A stretch of DNA of 64,000 nucleotides from an uncultured Spirochaetaceae bacterium (GTDB taxonomy: Bacteria; Spirochaetota; Spirochaetia; Sphaerochaetales; Sphaerochaetaceae), in contig CALXLH010000026.1 of the NCBI GenBank assembly GCA_944389145.1, positions 177-64,176 of the forward strand, written 5' to 3'. Shown piece after piece: positions 27,072 to 35,278 of this stretch (its first letter is position 1; each line of letters starts with the position of its first letter). Below the pieces are notes generated by a model. It was not told the origin of the DNA and ran no database searches. It saw only the letters and a program-made list of their open reading frames with translations. The translations under genes were made by a program, and so were the position numbers.

Positions 27072-27172
27072 CGTACATTTTGTTATTTAATTCCTGTAAG
27101 TTACTTGAAAATTCCCTCTTTTTCCGCTTAGCATTCTCTCGTCCGGGGGTTACGTGGGGTAGTCCGGAAAGG

Positions 27173-28057
27173 ATGTGGGAGATGGTAGCACCTTTCATGT
27201 ATGATTCGGCATCGGGGAATGAGGCTCGGTTCGTAGTGATCCGCAAGCAGGAGGATAGGACCATACCTATGCATTGGCATAGCGAGCTGGAGCTGATGTA
27301 TGTCCTATCTGGGGAGCAGGATGTGTTCGTGAATGGTGAGAAGGTAACGCTTCTCGCCGGTGATGGCATCCTCCTCAATTCTGGTGATAGGCATCTCATA
27401 TTCCCTGGCAACGGAACGAACAGGGTAAACATAATCTTCTCGATAGACATTCTGGATGGTACGCCCGGATCCCATGCCGTAAAGAGGGATCTTCAGGAAC
27501 GCTTTGATATCCTCGATAAGACGACGCTAGGATGGAAGGGCGACGGCAAGGCGTTCCTGAGGAACATCATGGCATTCATCCTCCGAGCCGATGATGAGCG
27601 TGGCTATGATTATGAGGTACGCGTTCGCTCAGGCCTGTTCTTCATCCTCTGCCTCTTCGGCGACGAGCGGATAAATCCTCCTTCTGCTAATCCTGTCGTT
27701 CGTCCTAGCCGCAAGGCCGATGCGAAGATGGAAAAGGTCTTCACATTCATCGGAGAGCATTACAGCGATAGGGTCACGCTTGGCATGGTCGCCTCTGCCG
27801 TCGGCTATGTCCCGACTTATTTCTCACATGTCTTCAAGGCGTTCACCGGCATCACGTTCTATGATTATCTCACATCCTACAGGGTCATGAGGGCGATGTA
27901 CCTTCTGTCATCGACCTCTATGAGCATCGCTGAGATAGCCACGAGGGTGGGATTCAGGAACGTAAAGACTTTCGACCGTGCATTCAAGGAACATAATGAC
28001 ATCTCTCCGCTGAGGTACCGCAAGCAGCAGCAGGCAGGAGCCAAGGGCCGGGCCTGA
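27173..28057 (+). CDS. AraC-family transcriptional regulator (cupin sensor plus 2 x HTH)
   Basis: N-terminal cupin-like HWHSELELMYVLSG. C-terminal LGMVASAVGYVPTYFSHVFK...IAEIATRVGFRNVKTFDRAFK. Start reset to ATG 27173. Confidence 0.8.
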   Translation: MWEMVAPFMYDSASGNEARFVVIRKQEDRTIPMHWHSELELMYVLSGEQDVFVNGEKVTLLAGDGILLNSGDRHLIFPGNGTNRVNIIFSIDILDGTPGSHAVKRDLQERFDILDKTTLGWKGDGKAFLRNIMAFILRADDERGYDYEVRVRSGLFFILCLFGDERINPPSANPVVRPSRKADAKMEKVFTFIGEHYSDRVTLGMVASAVGYVPTYFSHVFKAFTGITFYDYLTSYRVMRAMYLLSSTSMSIAEIATRVGFRNVKTFDRAFKEHNDISPLRYRKQQQAGAKGRA

Positions 28058-28105
28058 CCTTGCCTTTCAGTCTCCTTCCGCTATATTCAGGTCAAGGAGT
28101 TTCTG

Positions 28106-28828
28106 ATGTTGGAACTTAAGGATATATGCTGGAGTACGCCTCAGGGACGCGAGGTGCTTTCAGGCATAAGCCTCTCGATACGCGAGAGCGGCCTGATCGT
28201 CATGACCGGACCAAATGGCGGAGGTAAGACGACGCTTGCGAAGATCATCGCCGGCATCGAGAAGCCTGATAGCGGACGCATACTGCTTGATGGTGAGGAT
28301 ATAACGGGACTCAGCGTGACCGAGAGGGCGCGCCGAGGCATCAGCTACGCATTCCAGCAGCCTGTGCGCTTCAAAGGCCTTACCGTCAGGGACCTGCTGT
28401 GCCTTGCTTCCGGCCGGGAGCTTTCCGAGACGGAGATCTGCGCGCTGCTGTCGAAGGTAGGGCTATGTGCCAGGGATTATGAGGACAGGGACGTCGATGC
28501 GTCGCTCTCAGGAGGAGAGATAAAGCGCATCGAGATTGCCACGGTGCTTGCTCGTGGCTCCCGCATCTCCATATTCGACGAGCCTGAGGCAGGCATAGAC
28601 CTCTGGTCGTTCTCCGGCCTGATAGAGGCCTTCGAGGAGATCAGGAAAAGCAGAAGGGGAATCGAGATCATAATATCCCATCAGGAGAGGATCCTCTCTG
28701 TCGCTGACAGGATAATCGTCATAGAGGACGGCAGGGTGAAGGAGGATGGAGGGCGAGATGCCGTGCTGAGCCATCTTCTCTCGCTCTCCCGCTGTCCGTC
28801 CTGCCCTTCAAGGCGCGAGGAGGCCTGA
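28106..28828 (+). CDS. SufC-like ABC ATPase
   Basis: Walker A GPNGGGKTT, signature LSGGEIKR, Walker B IFDEPEAGID, and a SufC-like ERARRGISYAFQQP segment. Confidence 0.75.
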   Translation: MLELKDICWSTPQGREVLSGISLSIRESGLIVMTGPNGGGKTTLAKIIAGIEKPDSGRILLDGEDITGLSVTERARRGISYAFQQPVRFKGLTVRDLLCLASGRELSETEICALLSKVGLCARDYEDRDVDASLSGGEIKRIEIATVLARGSRISIFDEPEAGIDLWSFSGLIEAFEEIRKSRRGIEIIISHQERILSVADRIIVIEDGRVKEDGGRDAVLSHLLSLSRCPSCPSRREEA

Positions 28829-28829
28829 C

Positions 28830-29744
28830 ATGAACGCAGATACCGCCGAGATACTTAAGATCGTATCAGACTGGAAAGATTCTTTTTGCGGAGCATATTC
28901 AATCAGAGAGAATGGAAAGGGAATCGAGAGAAGGAGTACCGAGCATGTGCATATCGAACCGAAGAAGGACAGGCCCGGCCTCGACATAACGGTTGATGAC
29001 GGAACGAAGGGCGAGACGATGTACATCCCTGCCTGCGTCACCCATGGAGGCGTCGATGACCTTGTGTATAACGACTTCCATATAGGGGACGGGGTGGATG
29101 TGACCATAGTCGCCGGCTGCGGGGTCCATACGGAGAACGGGGAGAGCGCCCGGCACAACGGCATCCACCGCTTCTTCATCGGAAACGGCTCCAGGGTCCG
29201 CTATGAGGAGAAGCACATAGGACTGGGTGGCAACGGCAGGCGCAGCATAGATCCTGTCACGGAGGTGATCCTTGGCCATGATTCGGTGATGGAGATGGAT
29301 TCGGTCCAGATCCGCGGTGTCACATCAACGCACCGCACGACACGCGCCACGGTCGGGGATGGCAGCTCATTCATCGTGCATGAGAGAATACTTACCGCGC
29401 TTGATGAGCGTGCCGTGACGGATTTCGTCGTGGATATGAACGGGACTGGCAGCTCTGTGGATCTTGTCTCCCGCTCTGTCGCGCGCGATGAGTCCCATCA
29501 GTCTTTCCATTCCGTCATCCGCGGCAATGCCCGCTGTACCGGACACAGCGAGTGTGATGCGATAATCACGGAGAAGGGGACTGTCAGCGCCACGCCGCAG
29601 CTCGATGCCAATGATATCGACGCATCGCTGATCCATGAGGCCGCCATAGGCAGGATCGCCGGAGAGCAGCTTCTCAAGCTCTGCACCCTGGGCCTGACGG
29701 AGGAAGAGGCCGAGGAGAGGATCATACAGGGATTCCTGAGATGA
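28830..29744 (+). CDS. SufB/SufD-family protein (short, 304-aa form)
   Basis: Beta-helix-type repeats and a C-terminal ...SLIHEAAIGRIAGEQLLKLCTLGLTEEEAEERII typical of SufBD proteins. Starts 1 nt after the sufC-like stop. Confidence 0.65.
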   Translation: MNADTAEILKIVSDWKDSFCGAYSIRENGKGIERRSTEHVHIEPKKDRPGLDITVDDGTKGETMYIPACVTHGGVDDLVYNDFHIGDGVDVTIVAGCGVHTENGESARHNGIHRFFIGNGSRVRYEEKHIGLGGNGRRSIDPVTEVILGHDSVMEMDSVQIRGVTSTHRTTRATVGDGSSFIVHERILTALDERAVTDFVVDMNGTGSSVDLVSRSVARDESHQSFHSVIRGNARCTGHSECDAIITEKGTVSATPQLDANDIDASLIHEAAIGRIAGEQLLKLCTLGLTEEEAEERIIQGFLR

Positions 29745-29750
29745 ATTGAC

Positions 29751-29787
29751 ACCCTCCGCGAAAGAGTGTACCTCTTTTCCGGAGGGT
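29751..29787 (+). promoter_or_regulatory. strong interrupted hairpin that sequesters the SD of the downstream gene (terminator-like)
   Basis: ACCCTCCG.G.AAAGAG-TGTAC-CTCTTT.C.CGGAGGGT: about 15 bp with two single-nt bulges. The 3' arm contains GGAGGG 9 nt before TTG 29796. Followed by TATTCTTTCTT. Confidence 0.5.
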
Positions 29788-29795
29788 ATTCTTTC

Positions 29796-30509
29796 TTGGA
29801 TAAGAAGCTGGTCATAAGGTTTGCCGCATATCTTGCAGGGCTGCTGATCCTTGCGTTCGGACTTACCATGAATGTCATGACGGGCCTCGGGGTCTCCCCG
29901 ATAATCTCTGTCTCCTATGTGGCATCGGAAATCACTGGAATCGCCTTTGCGGATGCGACGTTCATCCTGTATGCCCTCTTCGTCATCGCCGAGCTTCTGA
30001 TACATCTCCGCCTTAGATGCCTTACACGCATGCAGCTTATCAAGGATGTGGCTCAGCTTCCGCTCTCGCTTCTCTTCACCCGCTTCCTGGCGCTCTTCCA
30101 GGCCATCCTGCCGGATCTGTCGTCATCAGCGATGGCTATAAGGCTCCTGGCCCTCCTGCTGGCTGTCATCGCTACCGGGGTCGGGGCTGCCTCAACGCTC
30201 TCGATGCGCCTCATACCAAATCCTGGCGATGGCATCGTGCAGGCCTTCGCCGATCTCTTCCGCCGTCCGGTAGGCATGATGAAGAACATCATCGATGGCG
30301 TCAATGTCTGCATCTCGCTGATCCTGGGTATCGCATTGCTTTCCCGCATAGCGGGCATAGGAGCTGGCACGGTGCTCTCCTTCCTGGGGGTCGGACGCAT
30401 CGTTGCCCTGTATAATGCCACGATAGGAAAGCGCATAGCCGCTGCCGCCGGGGTTTCTGGAGACGGAGGGAATCGAACCCTCCAGGCCGGGCTTCCATCA
30501 AGGCCTTGA
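29796..30509 (+). CDS. YczE-like integral membrane protein, paralog 2
   Basis: Start set at TTG 29796 (MDKKLVIRFAAYLAGLL) by alignment with paralog 1. The last ~50 nt run through the tRNA-like element, so the C-terminal ~18 aa may not be native. Confidence 0.55.
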   Translation: MDKKLVIRFAAYLAGLLILAFGLTMNVMTGLGVSPIISVSYVASEITGIAFADATFILYALFVIAELLIHLRLRCLTRMQLIKDVAQLPLSLLFTRFLALFQAILPDLSSSAMAIRLLALLLAVIATGVGAASTLSMRLIPNPGDGIVQAFADLFRRPVGMMKNIIDGVNVCISLILGIALLSRIAGIGAGTVLSFLGVGRIVALYNATIGKRIAAAAGVSGDGGNRTLQAGLPSRP

Positions 30510-30535
30510 CCCGCCTCGGAGCCATCCGCGCCCCC
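30458..30535 (-). other. tRNA-like element: acceptor stem plus canonical T arm, but no foldable D or anticodon arms
   Basis: Minus strand reads GGGGGCG-[46 nt]-GAGGG-TTCGATT-CCCTC-CGTCTCC-A. The 7-bp acceptor has two G-U pairs and the T loop is consensus. The centre contains the palindrome TCAAGGCCTTGA and I could not form a cloverleaf. Confidence 0.35.
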
Positions 30536-30616
30536 TTATGATCATCATATCAGATATGGTGCTTATCATCATATTGATCTGCTTCTCTTTCAGAAGAGGC
30601 GATTAACTGCTAACCT

Positions 30617-30904
30617 ATGGCAGAGGAAAATATGCATAAGTCTATACTCACAGTGGTCGGAAAGGACCAGGTAGGCATCATCGCCAAGGTATGTTCCTAT
30701 CTGGCTGACAGCAACGTAAATATCCTTGATATATCTCAGACGATCGTCGATGGCTTCTTCAACATGATGATGATCGTCGATACGAACAAGGCTGCAAAGG
30801 AGTTCAGCCTGCTCTCATCCGAGCTTGAGGAGCTTGGCGGCCGCATCGGCTGCATCGTCAAGCTCCAGAGGGAGGAGATCTTCGAGAGCATGCAGAGGAT
30901 ATAG
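30617..30904 (+). CDS. ACT-domain protein (UPF0237 family)
   Basis: [17 protein letters not shown]... ACT fold, 95 aa (or start at ATG 30632). Conserved partner of the following gene. Confidence 0.8.
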   Translation: MAEENMHKSILTVVGKDQVGIIAKVCSYLADSNVNILDISQTIVDGFFNMMMIVDTNKAAKEFSLLSSELEELGGRIGCIVKLQREEIFESMQRI

Positions 30905-30905
30905 G

Positions 30906-32270
30906 ATGATAAACCTTAACGAAGTCGTCGAGACTAACATGATGATCGAGAAGGAGAATCTCGATGTCAGGACCATTACCCTCGGCATCTCCCTCCTTGA
31001 CTGCATGTCAGAGAGCGTGGATACGCTCTGCAGGAAGATCTACGACAAGATCGCCTATACCGCCAGGGACCTCGTCAGGACAGGCAATGAGATCGAGCGT
31101 GATTATGCGATAAAGGTAGTGAACAAGCGCATATCCGTCACCCCGATAGGCATAGTAGGCGCATCCTCATGCCGCTCGGCGGAAGATTATGTCCGTGTCG
31201 CCCAGACCCTTGACCGCGTGGCCGGGGAGGTGGGCGTTAATTTCATCGGAGGCTTCTCCGCGCTTCCCGTGAAGGGGATGAGCGAGGCAGAGAGGCTGCT
31301 TATCATGTCGATACCAGAGGCGCTCCGTTCCACCGGCAGGGTATGCTCCTCCGTCGCCCTCGGCTCCACGAAGATCGGCATAAACATGGACGCGGTAGCG
31401 CTGATGGGTTCCATCATACGCCGCAGCGCAGAGCTTACCGCCGATCAGGACTCCATCGCATGCTCAAAGCTCGTGGTGTTCTGCAACGCTCCCGATGACA
31501 ATCCCTTCATGGCAGGGGCGTTCCATGGCGTTACGGAAACCGATGCTGTCATCAATGTCGGCGTCAGCGGCCCAGGCGTCATAAAGCACGCTGTCGAGAC
31601 GGTCAAGGATGGTGATTTCGGCGTGCTCGCCGAGACGATAAAGCGCACTGCGTTCAAGATCACCAGGCTTGGACAGCTCGTGGCGCAGGAGGCATCGAGA
31701 AGGATGGGCATACCATTCGGCATCGTGGATCTCTCCCTCGCCCCGACCCCCGCGATCGGTGATTCCATCTCCGACATCATCGAGGCGATGGGCATAGAGA
31801 GCACCGGTGCTCCCGGGACGACTGCGGCGCTTGCCCTGCTGAACGATCAGGTGAAGAAGGGCGGAATCATGGCTTCAAGCTATGTCGGAGGGCTTTCCGG
31901 CGCATTCATCCCTGTCAGTGAGGACCAGGGTATGATCGATGCGGTGAACAGGGGATCATTGTCGATAGAGAAGCTTGAGGCTATGACCTGCATCTGCTCT
32001 GTCGGACTGGACATGATCGCCATACCCGGCTCCACGCCGTCCTCGACGATTTCCGGGATCATCGCAGATGAGATGGCGATCGGCATGGTTAACCAGAAGA
32101 CCACCGCCGTCCGCGTCATTCCCGTGATCGGCAAGGATGTGGGGGATACGGCGCACTTCGGCGGCCTTCTGGGCTATGCTCCGATAATGCCTGTAAGCCG
32201 TTTCTCCTCAGAACGCTTCATCAGCCGCGGAGGCCGCATACCGGCACCGGTACATAGCTTCCGCAACTAA
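30906..32270 (+). CDS. UPF0210-family protein (DUF711)
   Basis: [33 protein letters not shown]... is the typical UPF0210 N-terminus, about 454 aa. Start reset from the track's 30825. Confidence 0.8.
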   Translation: MINLNEVVETNMMIEKENLDVRTITLGISLLDCMSESVDTLCRKIYDKIAYTARDLVRTGNEIERDYAIKVVNKRISVTPIGIVGASSCRSAEDYVRVAQTLDRVAGEVGVNFIGGFSALPVKGMSEAERLLIMSIPEALRSTGRVCSSVALGSTKIGINMDAVALMGSIIRRSAELTADQDSIACSKLVVFCNAPDDNPFMAGAFHGVTETDAVINVGVSGPGVIKHAVETVKDGDFGVLAETIKRTAFKITRLGQLVAQEASRRMGIPFGIVDLSLAPTPAIGDSISDIIEAMGIESTGAPGTTAALALLNDQVKKGGIMASSYVGGLSGAFIPVSEDQGMIDAVNRGSLSIEKLEAMTCICSVGLDMIAIPGSTPSSTISGIIADEMAIGMVNQKTTAVRVIPVIGKDVGDTAHFGGLLGYAPIMPVSRFSSERFISRGGRIPAPVHSFRN

Positions 32271-32273
32271 TCC

Positions 32274-32741
32274 TCAGCCCTTGATTTCCTCAAGGGCCTT
32301 CCTGACATCCTCGCCATGCGTCTTGGTATTCACCTTCTTCCAGACCTTGGCGACGGTGCCGTCAGGTGCGATCAGGAATGAGGAGCGTATGACACCTACG
32401 GTCTTCTTGCCGTACATCATCTTCTCCCCATATGCCCCATAGGCCTCCATCACCGCGTGGTCGGCATCTGTGAGGAGCGTGAAATCCAGGTCATGCTTCT
32501 CTGCGAATCTCTTATGCGACTGTGCGCTGTCAGCGCTTATTCCCAGCACCTCCAGCCCAAGCTCCGAGAAGCGCGGCATGCTGTCGCGGATCGAGCAGGC
32601 CTCCGCCGTGCAGCCAGGGGTATTGTCCTTCGGGTAGAAGTATACCAGCACATGGCGTCCCCTGTATGATTCTAGCGAGACATCGTTTCCATCCTTGTCT
32701 GGAAGCGTGAAGAGCGGTGCCATCATTCCTTCCTCTATCAT
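32274..32741 (-). CDS. bcp: thiol peroxidase Bcp (peroxiredoxin Q type)
   Basis: YFYPKDNTPGCT active site. Start reset to MIEEGMMAPLF, preceded by SD AGGAGGA. Confidence 0.85.
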   Translation of the reverse strand: MIEEGMMAPLFTLPDKDGNDVSLESYRGRHVLVYFYPKDNTPGCTAEACSIRDSMPRFSELGLEVLGISADSAQSHKRFAEKHDLDFTLLTDADHAVMEAYGAYGEKMMYGKKTVGVIRSSFLIAPDGTVAKVWKKVNTKTHGEDVRKALEEIKG

Positions 32742-32817
32742 CCATATCCTCCTGTAGATTGCATGAAGCATTTGCCCGTTGGCGTTCTTTATTATATCCT
32801 TAATGTAAAGAGGAGTA

Positions 32818-33531
32818 ATGATGAACAGTGATAAAGATCTCATCCTGAGGGATGTAAGGATAAGGGAGAATGTCCTCCTTAAGAATGTCTATCTGTGGAT
32901 GATAGCGGGACTTGCGGTGACGGCAGCCGTATCGTACGGGCTGGCCCATTCGGCTGCGTTCCTCCGCTTCTTCTTCGCCAATCCGATGCTCATGATAGCC
33001 GTCTTCATCGCGCAGCTGGTGATGGTGATGGTGCTTTCCGGACGCATAGAAAGGCTCAGCACGGGGACTGCGATCGCGCTCTTCCTCGGCTATTCGGCCG
33101 TGACGGGGCTTACGCTCACCTCGATATTCATCGTCTATGCCGGGACGGTCATAGCCTCGGCCTTCGTCTCCGCTGCCGCGGTCTTCGCCGCTGGTGCCAT
33201 CTACGGAAGCGTGACGAAGAAGGATCTGAGGGGAATCGGTGGCTATCTTACGATGGCGCTGATCGGCATGATGGTAGCGCTTCTGGTAAATATGTTCCTG
33301 GGATCATCGACGCTGGATCTCCTGATCTCTGCGATCGGAGTGCTGCTCTTCACGGGACTCACGGCCTGGGACAGCCAGAAGATCTCTGACATGAACAGAT
33401 CCTATGGGTCGATGATGACGAGGGAGGAGCTGACTAAGGTCGGAATCCTCGGAGCGCTTGACCTGTATCTGGATTTCCTCAATATCTTCCTGTATCTACT
33501 ACGCATATTCGGCCGCAGCAGTGATAACTGA
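32818..33531 (+). CDS. Bax-inhibitor-1/YccA-family membrane protein
   Basis: 7-TM profile with N-terminal ...NVYLWMIAGLAVTA... and a C-terminal charged tail. Confidence 0.8.
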   Translation: MMNSDKDLILRDVRIRENVLLKNVYLWMIAGLAVTAAVSYGLAHSAAFLRFFFANPMLMIAVFIAQLVMVMVLSGRIERLSTGTAIALFLGYSAVTGLTLTSIFIVYAGTVIASAFVSAAAVFAAGAIYGSVTKKDLRGIGGYLTMALIGMMVALLVNMFLGSSTLDLLISAIGVLLFTGLTAWDSQKISDMNRSYGSMMTREELTKVGILGALDLYLDFLNIFLYLLRIFGRSSDN

Positions 33532-34207
33532 GGAGACCAGCCTTGTCTTCGAGGGTCCTGACACCCTCGTATACTGGAAGGAGAGCGGCATACCTACGGT
33601 ACCGCTGAAGAGTACCATAGATGGCCGCACTCTCCTTTCTATTGCCGCGGCTGCGTATCCTGAGATACGGTGCTGCCATGGCGATAACCCCTGGGAAGGC
33701 GGCGTGATACACCGCCTCGATACCCCGACGCGCGGCCTGGTCCTCATAGCACGCAGCCAGAGGGCCTATGATGCCCTGATGCAGCAGCAGAAGAAGGATA
33801 TGATAGTCAAGGAGTATATCGCCAGGACTGCTTCACCGCGTGCCTTCGATGATGGCTTCGAGCCTTTCGGCCTCTTTCCCATCACGGATGGGCCGTCAAC
33901 GATAACATCCTATTTCCGTCCTTTCGGCAGGAAGGGGGCGAGCGTGAGGCCCGTGCTTATGAATGATAGGCATAAGAAGGGCCGCGTCTATACGACAGAG
34001 ATCGTGCCTGAGGACAGCGAAATCTTCCGCTGCACGATAAGCCGCGGCTTCCGCCATCAGATACGCTCGCACCTTGCCTGGGCAGGCCATCCGATAGCAG
34101 GCGATGTGCAGTATGGGGGCACGGAGTCCGATGAGTTCGGCCTTGAGGCGATAAGCATCAGCTACATAGAGCCCTGTTCGGGGCGTAAGCTCACGATATC
34201 TGTCTAA
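33521..34207 (+). CDS. RluA-family pseudouridine synthase
   Basis: HRLDTPTRGLVLIARS catalytic motif and RHQIR. Start tentatively GTG 33521, overlapping the previous stop. Confidence 0.7.
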   Translation: MITEETSLVFEGPDTLVYWKESGIPTVPLKSTIDGRTLLSIAAAAYPEIRCCHGDNPWEGGVIHRLDTPTRGLVLIARSQRAYDALMQQQKKDMIVKEYIARTASPRAFDDGFEPFGLFPITDGPSTITSYFRPFGRKGASVRPVLMNDRHKKGRVYTTEIVPEDSEIFRCTISRGFRHQIRSHLAWAGHPIAGDVQYGGTESDEFGLEAISISYIEPCSGRKLTISV

Positions 34208-35061
34208 CGCTCCACCGAGAATACGATCGTGCGATTGGAGTAGATCATTATCCTGTGCTCCAGGTGTGCCTTCACCGCGGATGCCAGGACCCGCCTCTCA
34301 CAGTCCTTCCCGACCTCCTTCAATCCTTCCGGGGTAAGCTCATGGTTCACCCTCACCACGTCCTGCTCTATGATCGGCCCCTGATCGAGATCCTCTGATG
34401 CATAGTGCGCCGTAGCTCCGATCATCTTGACGCCTCTCCTGTATGCCCTGAGATATGGATTGGCACCCTGGAAGGCGGGAAGGAAGGCGTGGTGGATATT
34501 TATGATCCTGCCGCTCCATTCCTCCGTGAAGGAAGGAGAGAGTATCTGCATATAGCGGGCAAGCACCACCAGGTCTATGTCGAAGCGCCTGAGGAGGTCG
34601 CGTATCTTTCCTTCCTGCTTCTCCTTATCGTCCCCGACCGGGAAGTAGTAGTAGGGGATGCGGAACTGGTTAGCCACGCGCTCCATGTCTGGATGGTTGG
34701 ATATGATGAGAGGTATCTCGCACTCAAGCTCTCCCTCAAGCTGGCGGGATATCAGATCATAGAGGCAATGGCTCGTCTTCGAGACGAGGATCGCCACGCG
34801 CATCCTGTAGTCAGACCAGTGGAGCGACCACTCCAGCCCCAGCGGTGCGGCAAGCGCCTCGAACTCATCGTATAGCTCCTTGCGCGTCATCTTCATGTCC
34901 GTCGCATCGAGCTCTATGCGCATGAAGTAGCGCTTCTCATAGCTGTCGGTATGCTGCTGGCAGTGAAGGATGTTGAATCCCTTGCCATAGAAGAAATCGA
35001 CGGTGGTGGCAAGGAGTCCCTTCTGATCCTCTGCCTGTATCAGGAATATCGCCTTAATCAT
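34204..35061 (-). CDS. purU: formyltetrahydrofolate deformylase
   Basis: N-terminal ACT (EDQKGLLATTVDFF) plus formyltransferase core (INIHHAFLPAFQGANPY). 285 aa. Confidence 0.85.
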   Translation of the reverse strand: MIKAIFLIQAEDQKGLLATTVDFFYGKGFNILHCQQHTDSYEKRYFMRIELDATDMKMTRKELYDEFEALAAPLGLEWSLHWSDYRMRVAILVSKTSHCLYDLISRQLEGELECEIPLIISNHPDMERVANQFRIPYYYFPVGDDKEKQEGKIRDLLRRFDIDLVVLARYMQILSPSFTEEWSGRIINIHHAFLPAFQGANPYLRAYRRGVKMIGATAHYASEDLDQGPIIEQDVVRVNHELTPEGLKEVGKDCERRVLASAVKAHLEHRIMIYSNRTIVFSVER

Positions 35062-35278
35062 CCTCGTCCTCCTCCATCTCCTCCGTCGTCAGCACATCCT
35101 CATCATCGGATGTCACCATCTCGATCTTCCGCTGGATCTCTGAGAGCGTCTTGTTCAGCTTCTTTCCCAGCTCGGTGGCTTCCTCGTATAGCTTGATTGC
35201 ATCCTCAAGCCCTGTGTCATCCTTCTTGAGAAGATCCGTTATCTCCTCCATCCTCTTCAGATCGCTTTCAAAGCTCAT
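35054..35278 (-). CDS. xseB: exodeoxyribonuclease VII small subunit
   Basis: 74 aa: FESDLKRMEEITDLL...LEDAIKLYEEATELGKKL. Overlaps the xseA 3' end. Confidence 0.8.
   Translation of the reverse strand: MSFESDLKRMEEITDLLKKDDTGLEDAIKLYEEATELGKKLNKTLSEIQRKIEMVTSDDEDVLTTEEMEEDEDD

Noticed and set aside
27076-27087. The 12-mer ACATTTTGTTAT is shared between the AraC upstream region and the dapB upstream region (41282-41293).
   Set aside because: A single 12-nt match within 64 kb is expected by chance, especially in AT-rich intergenic DNA. It is not evidence of a common operator.
21105-30535. A classical integrase-mediated genomic island or prophage at tRNA-Phe.
   Set aside because: I recognised no integrase, recombinase, transposase or phage gene. 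There is no direct repeat of the tRNA-Phe 3' end at the distal boundary. It is retained only as an accessory block.
30458-30820. A tmRNA (ssrA) gene, suggested by the T arm, the acceptor stem and a GGGG...TGG.T.CGA-like 5' end.
   Set aside because: The two ends are only 78 nt apart. A ~350-nt tmRNA would have to run through the well-supported ACT-domain gene, and there is no tag-peptide reading frame.
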